A DNA stretch of 63,895 nt, filler included, from Sphacelaria rigidula (GCA_964200075.2; 10 parts of 10 records of this genome joined end to end with filler, not necessarily neighbours in it); one strand, 5' to 3'; positions 12,090-25,679 are shown, counted from the first letter of the whole stretch. The notes: generated by a model not told the origin, from the sequence alone. Program-made: numbers and translations.

Positions 12090-12827
12090 TAGAGCGACCA
12101 TTATGTACTTGTTTCCGAAGCGACACAGCTGGTGTACAGTTGATCAGCTGGACGCCAACATGTACACTTACTGTACCCGCCAGTCTATATCCAGAAATTG
12201 CTACAATCCTTATCACATAACAATCCTCTGACGACGTGGTGTGTTGTCCTGTGATGTTATTCCTTGTTATTTTGTTGTACTCGTGATATATTCGTACACA
12301 CGACAGTGTCTAAAGTTTTGGCGTACTACGGAACTGTGTCTGGCCGTGATATGGAATATTTCGGCATGGTAGGGATGGAAGATACCGTGTTTGTGTTGGA
12401 GTTGAGGAGATGAGTGATATGTGTGGTGTTTTTTTCACCCCCCCCCCGCGACAGCCTGGTCCGGCGAGAACCTGGTGTACTCCGTCCCGGCTTTGTAGGG
12501 GCGGACCTCCGATGGGGTTGGCGTCGGTTGGCGATGACGCTATAAAACACGCCACTCACTACGTAAGCTAGTCAACCAAGTTGCCGATTTTTTTGCGCAC
12601 TTGCGTTCTTCTGCGGTAACCATGCACACGCGGCCGTTTGGCTACACCCCAAAATTCCTCCCGAGGGATGCGCGGCCCTCCAGAAGGAAAACAAACCTCC
12701 NNNNNNNNNNNNNNNNNNNNNNNNNNNNNNNNNNNNNNNNNNNNTTAATTAATTAANNNNNNNNNNNNNNNNNNNNNNNNNNNNNNNNNNNNNNNNNNNN
12801 GATAAGGCGCTTCGGATGGACATCTTT

Positions 12828-15800
12828 TTAACACGCTCTTTCGCGGGTTAAGGGGGGGCCCCCTATCGTAAAAAGTGTCATAGCATCAACGGAGGCGTAA
12901 GGCACCTCGCGATGCGGCAAAACACCTGGAAATGAGGACGGCATCAGAGTCGGATACTGTTGATTAACGCTATTGCGAACGTAAGTCTGACACATTGCGT
13001 CACTCGGTCCGTTCTGACGTCCGACTCCCGTCGTGCGCAAAAACCAAATGCTTCAATTCACGGAGATAATCCGCGAAGGGGACATCAGATTCGACGACAA
13101 AAGAACTCAGCTTCTGGATGGCGCTGGCTTGGTCGCTTTTGTCAAAGTAGCCTATGAGACGCCTTTCCAAATCAGAGAGCAATATCGGGCCTGTCTTCCC
13201 TTGGGAACGATCCAGGTCCATCTCCCCGAGGAATCCGTCGAGGACAGGCGTTAAAGAAGCAGCGAGGTCGGGAGAGCGGCGGCTGATCGGTCGATGTATT
13301 GCTTTGTGCAAGGGAGTCTACCAGCCCTTTACCCAATCGGAATCTTCGAAGTGTTGTGTGCCAGTCACATCCGCCAAGTGAACGATGTTACAAACAGTAC
13401 GGCGGATGGACGTGATAAGGGCAGAAGTAAACTGACCCGAATCTTCGTTATCCGCGGCAGGCATGCTCAGCTCTATCGGAAGCTGCTTTTTTGCTAGCTT
13501 TAGAACGTCCTTGTCAGCCACAGCGGTTGCTAAAGCGCGGGCTGCAGTAGAAGACAAAGGATGGTCAGGTGTATCCGTATCGGACAAACCTAAAATACTG
13601 GCCGAAACATCAGCCAACTTAGGAACCACGTACCTTTGGGTCGCTGAGCCCGTGGGGGGAAGGTCTGTACCACACCAGTTCCAAGCCGTTGCGGATGCTC
13701 CGGACGAGTTACCTCCGGTGTTTTTGCCTTTCGGTTTGCGAGGCGGGCGGTTTGGTTCGGTACTGCCCGAAGAGGATCCTCCACCGCCATGGCGGCGGCT
13801 TGAATTCCCTCCATCTTAATCATCGTCGTCGCGCCGGTGCTTTTTATTCTGTTCCCTGCAGGTGGATGGTGCGAGAGTCCACCCATCTTCATCTTCGTCT
13901 CCGTTGATGGTAGCGCCGGGATGAGAATCAGAAGCGGCGCGTAGCGCCGCAAAATCATCGGTGACGGAGCCAACGTAACGCTGGATATGCGGACTATTGC
14001 CGATAGTCGCGTGAAGGACCAGCTGGCCCAAGGTGATCGCCGACACACCTTCGTCCGGGAAGAAGCCGCCCTGTTCCATGTAACCGCCAATGACGGCTAA
14101 CATGCGTTGGGAAATGTTTTTCCAAGCATGACGGGAGCACTTAGGGTGGTTGCGTCGCTGGAAGGGGCCGGTATAGTCGGCCGTAAACCGAGAAAGCCAC
14201 ACTCGTTCGTGTGGGGCAAGTTGCAAGTTTTGCGAAGAAACTGTGTACGGCACCGAGCTCACTCCTTGAGGTGGCGGTGTCGGAGGCGTCGTGGCGGCGG
14301 CAGCGGTCGCAGCAGTCGATGTCCTGTTGGACTTGCGAGGAATTACATACGTCGCTCTGTTGGGCGCCGACAGGTGGGGCCTGAGTAAGTGGTCGGTGGA
14401 AGGCGGGGCAGCTTGATGATCAGTTAGGCGGGTCGCCGACGAGGCCGCTGCTTGGCCGGTCCACTGAACGTGATCGTCGAGCTGGCGGACCCGTCTTTGA
14501 GCCGCCATAGCCGCAGTACGGCCTTCCTCGAGCGTCCGTTGGGCCGCCGTGCTCGTGGGTTGGGCAAGGGAGACCTGCCGCTTGAAGTCTTTGAGTGTAT
14601 CCGCGTGCTCCTCGAGAAGGAGGCGGGCAGCGGCGGCGTCAGCGTCGCGTTGTTAGCCGAGGATATCCTGCGCCAGCGAAGGCGCCTGCGATGCATAGTC
14701 ATCTATCAAATGTTGCTGTTCCGCGCGGGGCCTGTTGGTGAACAGGCGTAGGAGCAGGCCGGTTGGGCAGTGCTCGTCGCCAAGCGGAGGGAAAACCTCC
14801 ACGGATGGGGGAGGGCGCACAGGGGCCGTTGTGGAACCGCTATTGGCATCCGTGTCGATAGCAGATGGAGCGGCGGCGGCTGTATGAGCCGGTGCAGGGG
14901 CCGCGGAAGGCGCAGCAGTCACAGTAGCAGCAGCAGTAGCTGCGGGAGCGCGAAAGGGCTTGCTGGCAGTAGCGGCGGCGGTAGCGGATGATGAGGAGTC
15001 CATCGTAGAAAGTTGGCGCTCAAGTTCTGTCAAGCGTTGTTGGAGAGAACGAATAAGCGCAGCATCCAAACGGGACGGTGGTTCGCGGTCAGTGCGTGAT
15101 CGTCGGTTGTGCGATGAGGTGCGGCCAGATCCCTCAATTGAGGATTCCGGAGCCGGTGACATGTCCGAAAATATGTTTTGGATACCATCGGCATGTACAG
15201 TGTTATCATTGCGTACATGACGGCTGTGCGACAAATGCTGAGCAGTAGAGATGCACGAGGGTGCATGATCAGAGTTTTTCGAGCGCGAGTTAACGCGCGA
15301 AGAACTTGATCTGTGCCGCACGGCACCCTCGTGAGTACGTTCATGGTTAGCATGTAACGGGCGCTTTGGGGCGCGAGATGAATTGGAACTATGTCGTGAA
15401 CTACCGTCATATTTGTGACCATGAGCGATGTTCTTCGGGCGTGTGGAAGCGCGCGATGAATTCAAGCTTTGCTGGGAGTTGCCCTTAGAACTGCCAGAAC
15501 GGGAGACATGGTCATCACCAAGTCTCGGTGTGCGGCGCCGGTCAGAAGCGCGAGTGAGGCTCTGCTGCGACGTTGAGGAAGGGCTGGACTCATGTTCGTT
15601 GAATTTATCATGAGTGACGAACGGAGGGCGCGAGGTCGCCGAACGGGACGCCAGACGTGCGGGTTTGGGCGTGGCAGGTGCAGAATCATCATTGAATTAC
15701 GCATGAGCAGACGCCGATTGATCTTGGAGCGTTGCGTGGCAAATGGTCGTGAATGCCTCGATGAGGGCTGGCGATGGCGATGGCGATGGCGACGAGGAGG

Positions 15801-16548
15801 TGCGATGCAGAGTTTGCATGGCAGCATGCATGGCCGCAACTGCCGGGCCGACATTGGATTGTGCAGTAGGGCGCATGGGACTATCGAGATTCGTGCGAAG
15901 GGGGTCCGTAACGGAAGCAGCCCGTGTGACAGAGTCTCTTGCTCCAGAAGCGATGCGCTTCGTCGGGACAGAATCGTCTCGAGAGTTGGCAGCCGTCAAG
16001 CGACGGGGTGCCATGGTTGAAGCAACCGGTACAGGGCCAAGCTGGACACTTGTGTCCAGTGGCAACGACTCGACTGAGGGCACAATCCTAACTCCGGATT
16101 CCACAATGGGATTCGGGAGAGCAGGGGCCAGCGAGGGGTGTGCGACGGAATCCACCGTTATGGGCTCACTGACATGTCCGTCAGGAAACAATGACTCGGC
16201 CGGTTGCACTACCATGTTCTCTGAGTCCGGGTCGGAACGTGAGAAAACAGGTCTTGGCGTCAAAGTCTTGTCTTCAAGCCTTGAAGAACTAGATTCGCTC
16301 CAAAGTTGGTCTTCAGATCCCGAAGATCGAACAGCGCTCGCATACGTGCGGCGATGAGTTAAAGGTGACGTGCCGCTCTTTTTAAAAGATTTTGAACCGC
16401 CAGTAGTTTGACTTCGGGTCCGGCGAAGCCGATGGTTTTCCAATTGAGGGGAAGAGCTAGCGTTATTTCTGTGCGACATGATATTAGTACGCAGCCTTTG
16501 TGCTTGAAAAGGAAGGTGTAGTGTGTCTGATCTGCGGGCTCTAATCAA
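12828..16548 (-). pseudogene. Long gag-like ORF of a retrotransposon, interrupted by four in-frame stops and a frameshift near 13040
   Basis: ORF-track pieces 15697-16548, 14653-15465, 13816-14508, 13318-13629 and 13000-13311 share one frame, and the gaps between them are open. No introns. Ser/Ala/Pro-rich N-terminus, coiled-coil segments, and a capsid-like C-terminal part (KLSSFVVESDVPFADYLRELKHLV..YVRNSVNQQYPTL). Confidence 0.65.
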
Positions 16549-17523
16549 AGGAGTGTGACACCAAGAGATGCTACGTGCAAAAGCCGAAGCTTGTATCCGG
16601 AAATACTGGATAATGAAGACTAATAGCGCCTGAGGGGACCGTGGGGCCTGATTTACTTGAGAAGTTTATTTAAGCGAATTGCTGTTTGTCACAACGATGT
16701 CCGGGGTCTGATTAATACAACTTTATTCAAGTTGTGGCGGTAATAGCTAGGACGGAGTTGTGCACAAAACAGACGTATGGCGTCGAAGACAAGCGAAGAT
16801 CCGATTGTCTGTAGCAGCATTGGTACGTGGAAGAACAACTTACACGTGTTCCGGGTGTAGCGTCACGGGCAGACTATAACTGTATTATCCCAGCACAAGT
16901 TGAGGGACGACTGACTGTGTGCAAATGAAAATAATTATATATATTATTATTAATATATATACATTCCCAGATACACACGAAAATTGTGCAGCGTAAGGCA
17001 GCACAAAAGCTTTAACAAAGCTCGGGTTGTAGACCGCGAAATCGGACCGCGTATTGCAGAGCGAAGGCTTGTTATCCAACGGAGTTGGGGCAACGTATGT
17101 ATGTGGAGCAAAGGTGATGTGATGCACAACAGGGGCAACGCTGAGAGCGGGTGCCGAAAAATTGTAGTGCACAGGCAAGGGCCACCGATTTCGAGTGCAG
17201 TCTGTTTAAATGAGCACGTAACGTAGGTTGAAATGTTTCAACGAGGAGTATTTCAACGGAACCGTCTCGGAAGACTAAATTTGTTCGTTCGAAAAGGGGT
17301 CAAGGGAGAAAAACTCACAGTACGTTGTGCTGTGTATTGTTACTTACCACAGTGATGTATAGCGTTGCCTTACGATTGTGCGAAGTACAGAAGAGGACAA
17401 CAACAACAAAAGTAGCCACAAGCAACGAAGCTAAAGCTACAACAACAACAAAGTAGCTACAAGCAACGAAGTTGAAGTGCCGGAACGGGTCCAAATTTCG
17501 TGTACAGGTGTTCGTCGTCACAA

Positions 17524-18666
17524 TGTGGGAGCACGGGTTGTTCTTGGTTCAGTAATTTCGTGAAGGAAAGATACAACAGTCGCGTACAATCGATAATGAA
17601 AAATTAGAGCAGCAGCGTGCTGATTTGGCAGGAGCTCAGGTCAGCGACAGCGGCTGGCTTATGAACAACAGTGCGCCTTTGTACACTGGTGTTTTGTACA
17701 AACCTGTAGTAGAAGACCTCTTTAGCAGAAGGAAAAGGGGCCACAAAACCAAATACACGAGCCAGCGATGGCTTGGCACGTTGGACGTGCCTGGTTGGAT
17801 GAATCACCAAGAGATTCGCAACGTGCAGTCGGAATTGGTACCGTGCGGCCTTGTGCAGGTGATGTCAAAATTGACAGCACGGCAAGAATAGCAAGCAGGG
17901 CGCGTTGACCCCACGTTGACCACACGTAGCACAAGATGTGCAGTCGAGCGCTACAGCAAGTTTCAAGTAGCAGGGCACGAGTACACTTTACCGAGAGACA
18001 CGCGGGGCAGAAGCTTTTAGAGCTACTGACTACCTGGGCGGTAGATTTGACTAAAACTGTCCTGAAGGGAAAAGGGGCAAATTATCAGAAAGCTGGAGTA
18101 CACAGCTGGCAGCCAGGGATACAAATCGGTACAAGAAGGAAACGCAATAGCCGAAGAAGAAGCTCCTTAGTCAAACGTCAATGTAATGAAGAGTAGGCGC
18201 AAGTATAATGCAAGGACACAGGTTGTAGTCCAAGTTACAGGCTCACAAGGCCAGCGGACAACAGCCAGGCTGGCACAGCCCTGCACACTGCTGAACACAG
18301 CTCAGCACAATATCAGACGGGTTCTCACGCAATGGTTCTTCACTCCTTCTGGCTATCTTGATTCTAACTCCAGTGCCCAATCAATCAATCCAACCCAAAC
18401 CAGCCAATACCTCTCACCCATGGTTAGACTTCCTTTTGCTGGCTAGCAGAAGGGGAGCAGTTGGTAGTGCAAAGGATGGGGGGACTTTGGTCGTGGGGAC
18501 CGCGACCAAATCCAGTATCATCCCTGTGATTATACAGGTTCACATTCGTACCCGACCAACTCTGAACCGACCTGCAGCCTTGTCTACCGAAACAGAAGCA
18601 AGCCATAGCCAGAGTCGACAACGGGTCTGAAGCGGCATCAACAGACTAATATGCGTCTTCATGACA
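17524..18666 (-). mobile_element. Candidate LTR upstream of the gag-like ORF
   Basis: Minus strand reads GGGTGGGTTAG|TGTCATGAAGAC ... CCCACA|TTGTGACGACGA (PPT-like tract, TG..CA, PBS-like motif). The TGTCATGAAGAC start is shared with the solo LTR at 30512-30900. Confidence 0.4.
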
Positions 18667-19200
18667 CTAACCCACCCAGACAAACCTTTACTACAGCTGC
18701 GAGGATTTATCCTCAAAGCAGCGAAAACTAAGGTTTTTTTTCACTCGTGAAGTCATGAGCGACTAAAGCATACCTGAAGGAACACTCCCGTACCTAACAT
18801 TCCCGTACCAACAATCTTGTACCCAGTCCCACACCTCAGAAGAAGGGAAGCATAGACTGCTTCGAGGAGCAGAAACAAAACTGCTCCGAAACGCGGAAGC
18901 ACAAACTACTTCGGCGTGCTAGCGATCAACGAAGAAGCACAAATCGCTTCGGCGTCCTGACAAAAGTTGACAGGGAAAAACAGGGAGGTACAACAGGGAG
19001 CAGAGCTCTGACCTGGGGGAAGCCAGTGGTACAACAGGGAGCAGAGCTTCAACCTGGGGGAATCCGAAAGTGCTAAAAACTGCAAGATCGGAAATCTGAA
19101 NNNNNNNNNNNNNNNNNNNNNNNNNNNNNNNNNNNNNNNNNNNNTTAATTAATTAANNNNNNNNNNNNNNNNNNNNNNNNNNNNNNNNNNNNNNNNNNNN

Positions 19201-19303
19201 GTACTCTCGCATATTTTTATAAGTCGTGTTTTGGATGAGATGAGGGGCTCCTAACAATTCTAATCTCAGAAATTATTTCTTTACCCCTACCGTAGCATCA
19301 CTC
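19201..19303. mobile_element. Partial copy of the ~255-bp MITE found twice at 61475-62034
   Basis: CCCCTACCGTAGCATCACTC is the reverse complement of TIR GAGTGATGCTACGGTAGGGG; the internal sequence also matches. Confidence 0.8.
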
Positions 19304-20352
19304 TGTTTATCTCGTGCACGACAAGTAGATTCAACAGAGCTCTAGTTGGACGCAGGCGTTCCGTGAAGGGTCATAACTCATGGTTTCGTGAGGGTAGCCA
19401 TAAATATAGTACACTTTTGCACCGCTGAACGAATAGGTGGAGAAATGGGAGCGTCAGATTTTGAGCAGCATGATTCCCCCCCCCCGATTGTTGCAGCGTT
19501 AATTGTAGAGAGGACGGACCCTTCTACTCAATCGAACAACGTGGCAGAGTTGCGCATTCCGTATGTCACGTGCAACAGTAATCACAGCTGGTGTATGGCA
19601 AGCGGATCTTTCACGGTTGCACCTCTGAGGACATCGTGCGCTCTATTTCCCCGCGTTTTGCAGCGTTTGCGTCACAATCATGTACCGCCTCTCGTGCCGC
19701 ATGTAGCTCCTCGTTTGCTGCACTGACTAATTTCCTCATCATATGAGTGAAGAAAACGAATACGTGTATTGCTGATGTATCCGTGTACACGGTACACCGG
19801 GAGGGTTCCTGGCAACCTCGCACGAAAATATACTAACACACTGTTGTTGAGGTACGGAGTATAGCACCCGTAGATCATGCGTACAGTACACCATATTCGT
19901 GCTAACTCCGACGGTAACCGCACACAGCCAAGACTGATCTTATTCGCAAAGGTGACGTTAATATTTTTGGGGGAGACGCACTATATATGATTGTAGCGTC
20001 ATCAATCTTGAGGGAACGAGGGTCGAAAAAGCACGTCTCGGAGAGTGTAATCCCATCATATTGCGATAACGGCCTGTGACTTCTGATTGGCTACTATGTT
20101 CCCTTTACTCCGCACAAAGATACCGACGCGCGGCGCAATCAAGATACCTAACTGCGAAGCCCAAACCCGATTCCAAACAAATAACGGTTTTCATCTTGCC
20201 TTCGGCAAATACGTAATATCCAACAAGCCGCGGGATTGTTCAGCCAAATCACCTCAACACCGAGAGCCTAAAAGACCTGCTGTGTGCTCGTGTTATCTGA
20301 GTTTCAGACGCCAGGGTGTCACATCGTTTGTCTTCGCTGGCAAGATCGTACC

Positions 20353-20520
20353 ATGGTGTCTTCCTCATTTTCTCGATGGATTTGGCCAACGGCGATCGGT
20401 GCCCTAGCTCTTGGCGTCAGCTTTTTGCCCTCGACCGAGGCGGGTTGCTGCCCCAATATGTGCTCTGGACACGGAACTTGCACCGTAGATGACGCATGCG
20501 TTTGCTACAGCAACTGGCAG
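20353..20520 (+). CDS. Tubular mastigoneme / sexually-induced protein (SIG1/OCM1-like EGF protein), exon 1 with signal peptide
   Basis: MVSSSFSRWIWPTAIGALALGVSFLPSTEA-GCCPNMCSGHGTCTVDDACVCYSNWQ|gtgaga. Confidence 0.88.
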
Positions 20521-21835
20521 GTGAGAAGCAAAACACACGTGCAGAACCGCGATAGAAAGTCGGGTATCAACAAACCGTTGTTGTTGGTGGTGCGGGTGGT
20601 GGTGCTGCTGTTGGCGACGGTTGTTCTGTGGTGGTGCTTCTTACCATGTTGCAGTATCCCGCTTTTGACGTGCATTATTTGTGACCCGCGCTTTGCAGCT
20701 ACGCAAAAGGCTTTCGCGGCAATCCATTCGGTTTTTGTATACACACCTCGAGATTGAGCCGCGGTGTCCAGGGCGTAACTGTAGACGAGCCCCATTCAGC
20801 TGCGGTATTTTTGTTTTGAAAATGGATTCCATGGCCTTTGCTTCGATCGTAGTGCGGAGGACGTTTGCAACGGGGCAATGCAGCAGGAGATTGTGATACT
20901 TCCGAGCTTTGAAATGCTTGTTCTGCAGGTCGTTGTATCATTTATGGGTGTGTTAGCTACAAAACGTTGTGCGTGCTGTTAGCGTTGGTTCGCCGGGCGA
21001 CAAAACGAGTTATTATGCATAATTCTGTGTAGTGCGGCCCATCTGGTGTAAATTACATGCAACACCACACGTCGAGGAAAACTTCGTGGCAGTAGTTGTA
21101 GAGGGTCCCACCACACAAACATAACGGCGGACGCAGAGGGAGTGCATGATATTACGCTAGAGCTCTCTGCTGAAGTTTTGCTCTAGCATCCATTCTTGCG
21201 TTGGTGTTAAGTGTCGACGTAGCCTTGTTGCGTGTTGACGAATCGAAAAAACAGGCCTATACGTTTTGCCATAGTCGCCCATAAGCCGGAACGCACCGCA
21301 ATTCCCGACGGTCATCAACCGAAGTTGGTGCGCAGTTGAGCTTCAAGCAAGCGATGTGCCGATAAAATCGGGTGCAACGTCTACCTAGCATCACTCAGTA
21401 GTTCTGCTGAAAATCTTGGCTACCTTCAGAAGGCCCGGGTCGCTCGTTTTGTGAACCTCTCCATATGTTGAACCTTTTGTTGTTGCTATTTCACTACTCA
21501 GCGCTTTTTATTGGACTTTGTGGTTCACTTAGTACCGCTTGTATACAGTAGCATTTCATGCGGCTTGTGTCATGCTGTGTTTTCGATTGTATGTCCCACC
21601 ATAACGTCCCGGCACAACCCGACATATAACACACACGCAGACACGGCACGCATGTGTTGATTTCGGGCGGGTGATTTGATCGACATAACGCGCTTTCGTC
21701 AAATCATTGTACTTGTACAATACAGCCGTATGTTTTCTTATGAAATAATATTCTTGCCGTCCTTCGCGGCTGTTTGTGATGAATACCATCGCATATTCGC
21801 AAATTATACTTCGCCAAACACGCAACATTCTGCAG

Positions 21836-21985
21836 AATGGGGAGGCGAATTCCGAGACGGGAGACTGTGCGGATCGCACCTGTCCCTATGAGATTGCCTG
21901 GAGTGACTACCCCGATGAGTCGGGAGCGCACCACACCTACGCGGAGTGCGCAAACAAGGGTATGTGCGACCGCACCACCGGGGAG
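21836..21985 (+). CDS. SIG1/OCM1-like protein exon 2
   Basis: cag|NGEANSETGDCADRTCPYEIAWSDYPDESGAHHTYAECANKGMCDRTTGE|gtgaga, phase 0. DC..R.CP..IAW.D.P..H.YAEC...G.CDR is typical of the family. Confidence 0.9.
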
Positions 21986-22675
21986 GTGAGATAGGAATAA
22001 AAAGAAGCAGCAGCATACTTCGCGATAAATTTCTACATAGGATAGAGAGTGTGTACGTCGTACGTCCCGTGTGTGCTCAGTAATACTGAAAGTACATGCC
22101 CTACTGGACTCGGTCCATGGGGTTTGTACAATGATCTCGGAGAGCTCTGCTCAATAACAGCCTCCCGAAAGTTGCTGAGACCATGTGTCATGATGAGCCT
22201 ATCGTTTTACTTCACCAGAGGGAGCGTGCGTGTGTGTTATCATCCCATCTATTCTGGACGCCAGTCTACACCTTTCGGTATATGTGCGCGCATCAGCCGG
22301 GGTCACACAGGAGGAAGGTCAACACATGCCGCAGTTCTTTGTTTTCATTTATATTTTGTTATCGCGTCTGGCCACTTTTGCTCTCGACACCACTAAAAGA
22401 AATGGGAGTCGAATAACTGGTGTAGTTCACAGCAGCACTGTCGCGGTAGATGCCATAGCGTATTGCCGAAGCACTTTCTGCACGTAGCATCATCACCTAT
22501 GAGGAGATATGTGAAACGCCACTGTTCACGCACGCGTTCGCTACCCAGCCCCCTCCCCCCCCGCGCCCTTGCCTCCCCCACACGCACATTAAAGCCCTCA
22601 CCCTGCTCGTATTTTCCTGCATTCCCGACGTTTTGCACAACAACAATCATCATCACCACAACCACACATCGTCAT

Positions 22676-22718
22676 CATCAACATCAACATCAACATCAAC
22701 ATCAACATCAACATCAAC
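22676..22718 (+). repeat. (CATCAA)n microsatellite directly upstream of the exon 3 acceptor; others: (CA)n 23970-24008, (TACTG)n ~39750-39793, (CT)n 57167-57199
   Basis: Directly visible. Confidence 0.95.
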
Positions 22719-22729
22719 CACAACAACAG

Positions 22730-23083
22730 TGCGTCTGCTTCGAAGGCTACGAAGGCAAGGCCTGCGGACGCATGACCTGCCCGAACGACTGCTCCGGTAA
22801 CGGTCGCTGCATGTACGCCGACGACCTACCCTTCGGCGTGAACTTGGGTTCTTTCTACAACAGCCAGGACAACTCCTCCAATTGGCGCGGCGAGCTGGGT
22901 CAGACGAACGGCAACGACGCGATGACTTTCGACTACTACGGTTGGGACAAGGGGAGGACGAGAATGTGCAAGTGCGATCCTGGGTACGAGGGCGCTGATT
23001 GCTCATACCGTTCTTGCCCCGAGGGTAATGATGTCATGGTGGAGCGACTCAACCGTGTAGCCGCCGTCCAGTACCAGAAGCAG
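22730..23083 (+). CDS. SIG1/OCM1-like protein exon 3
   Basis: cag|CVCFEGYEGKACGRMTCPNDCSGNGRC...WDKGRTRMCKCDPGYEGADCSYRSCPEGNDVM...QKQ|gtatgt, phase 0. Confidence 0.92.
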
Positions 23084-23967
23084 GTATGTCCTGTCTTTGC
23101 AAGATATGAGATGTTCGAAGTTATACACAACAATTACTTGGTTGCGCTGCTGTTTGAGACAACAGAAGGAACATAATTAACAACACTGAGATTTTCCAAG
23201 AAATCTAACTCTTATTTCGGGATAGTCATAAATATTTTAACTTGACTTTACCTCTGTTTCCGAAGGCGCCATCGTCTGTGGGATAACAGTGGTGTAGTAG
23301 GGGGAAAGTATGTCTAAGCAAAAGCGATATTCTATTATCGTTGACGATACGGTACTTATATTTTTGGTTTTGCTCGCAAGAGCTGGTGAGACATCTATGC
23401 CGTGCATATTTAACTGAAGGTAACTAGTTGGCCGCGCTGCCAATTTTCTCGTAGTGTCACGATTTCATTTATTTATTGTTGTTGTCGTCGTATATTGAGG
23501 GCAAGCTACTACACGCAGGCACAAAATCACAACGCCCACGCAACACCCCCAACCCATGAGTCGTGAAGGGTGTCCGAACATCATGTCCCAGTCGTTTGTG
23601 GGTGCATCCCCGCCATCGAGTTTTGCTATTGGTAACTAGAGCCACGCACGTCTTCCCTCTACACAGAACATCGGGTACACTCCATGTACACCTTCCAACC
23701 ATCGCTTTCTTTCGTTTTCCCCTTCGTGTCGAAGAGAGCACGTTCAAAACCAGACGCTTTGCCATGTTTTCAAAGACTGCCAAAACCGCGCCCGACAAAG
23801 AACGAGTAACTTCCAACAAGTATCGTACCATTTATCTGCTTTCACCATGAGAAGAAGGGGAGAAAAATACAGCCAAGGTTGTTCTTTTGCAGCCTAAACA
23901 CCGCCGTACAAGAGAATAACAGAATAGTCCTCTACAAGTACTTATCTGCTGTGGACACTTGTCCGCA

Positions 23968-24010
<43 letters not shown>

Positions 24011-24137
24011 AACGCCTTCCTTCGTGTGTCAAAGACTGGTTCCCGTCTCCCTCCCAAAATGCTCCGTGTTCCATGCTCCGTGCCCTGGTACCCCCTCCCC
24101 CCTCTCCATCCCCTCTCCCTCCTACAAAAAACATCAG

Positions 24138-24518
24138 GCAATCTGCCTGTACCACGCTGGTGTAGGATACAACGCTCACGACTACCAGAACATCGTGGAA
24201 GGAGAGGCCGTGTCCAACTATCATGGCCACATAATCGAGGCTATGGGCGCTAACTTCACCGGCGATACGTTCGCGCTCACGTTCACATCTGTCCGGAAGG
24301 AGACATTCACGACCGTTCCCATCCCGCTTGACCATGAAGACGGCGAAACCGTCACCGCGGCCTACATCGACAGCGCCCTCGAGGGCCTGCCGAACGGGAT
24401 AATCGATTCCGTATCCGTGGCGGTTGCGTTGGATTCCGACGGGACAGACATTGTGGGAGAGGTCATCGAGGACTTCCCCTGCGATTTTCTCATCGTGGTC
24501 ACATTCGATGGCTTGGAG
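24138..24518 (+). CDS. SIG1/OCM1-like protein exon 4 (gene continues beyond the contig)
   Basis: cag|AICLYH...TFALTFTSVRKETFTTVPI...SALEGLPNGIIDSVSV...VTFDGLE|gtaggc, phase 0. Confidence 0.85.
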
Positions 24519-25679
24519 GTAGGCACACAAAAGATGGGCCACAAATACCTATTTGTACTTGTATAGAAATGGGCGCTGAACGACTTCAAGAATATACCGC
24601 GGAAGGTTGGCGCCGAGCTCATGCAAGACTGAAGTTTACTTCCGATAATCACGACACAGCTTTCCCAGTTTCCCGAATGAACCCGATGTAAGCATATCAA
24701 TGTGAAGTGCAGACCACACTGATAACGCATGTCACCGCCGCTGAATGAAGAAAAAAAAGGGGAAAAAATTGCTGCATAATATATGACCTTAACGACGGAC
24801 GAAAACAAAAACTGTTGGAATTCGAACTCATGACCTCCATAACTGTAGTCTCCCATCGTTTGAATTATAGCGGTGCAGCAGCGTCACGCAAAACGTTGCA
24901 CGCACGGTCCAATTCTACGACACTTGAGCTGAAATTTCACCAAGACCCTTCGTACCCAAGGAAATGATACATCCCGTGAGCAGCTGCAGGTTCTCATTTT
25001 CCTCCTGGATTTATGATTTTTTTTGTTTTTGCTGAAATTTCAAATCTCCACAACTTCTTTTTTCCTTGTCTTTTTCTTTGCTGCTCTCGTCATCTTCTGC
25101 ATATTGATCATGATAAGTTGCTGTCAAAATTTCAGCGTCCAACTCCTAATATCACGCCGTGCGTCGCCTGAGCGACAAAACCACCCACTGTTGGCTGGCC
25201 CAGCTCGTACAGATAACCACTACAGCGGCATACCTGTTGTCGCCCTCGTTGTTGCCGTTGTTGCTGTCGTTGGTTTGCATTTTCAGAAAAACATGCCACG
25301 TGTATCAGAAGCCGTTTCGGCTGACCCACATGACACTTTCTACGATAGCTCCCCCCCCCCAAAGTGCATGGTTTTGGGAGGCAAAACCTTCACGCAAATC
25401 GAATGGGAAAAGCTGAGCACAACGAGCAGCTGGGGTTTCCCATGCTTGGGCTCGTTCTCGCCAATGTTGCCAATATGAGGCGCTTCATGCAGCCTGAACC
25501 NNNNNNNNNNNNNNNNNNNNNNNNNNNNNNNNNNNNNNNNNNNNTTAATTAATTAANNNNNNNNNNNNNNNNNNNNNNNNNNNNNNNNNNNNNNNNNNNN
25601 GTCCCTGCTTGCACTGGGTCTGTATACATGTGTGACATCAGTCTCTGATATGTCACTGCAAAGGATATCTCCCACATTT

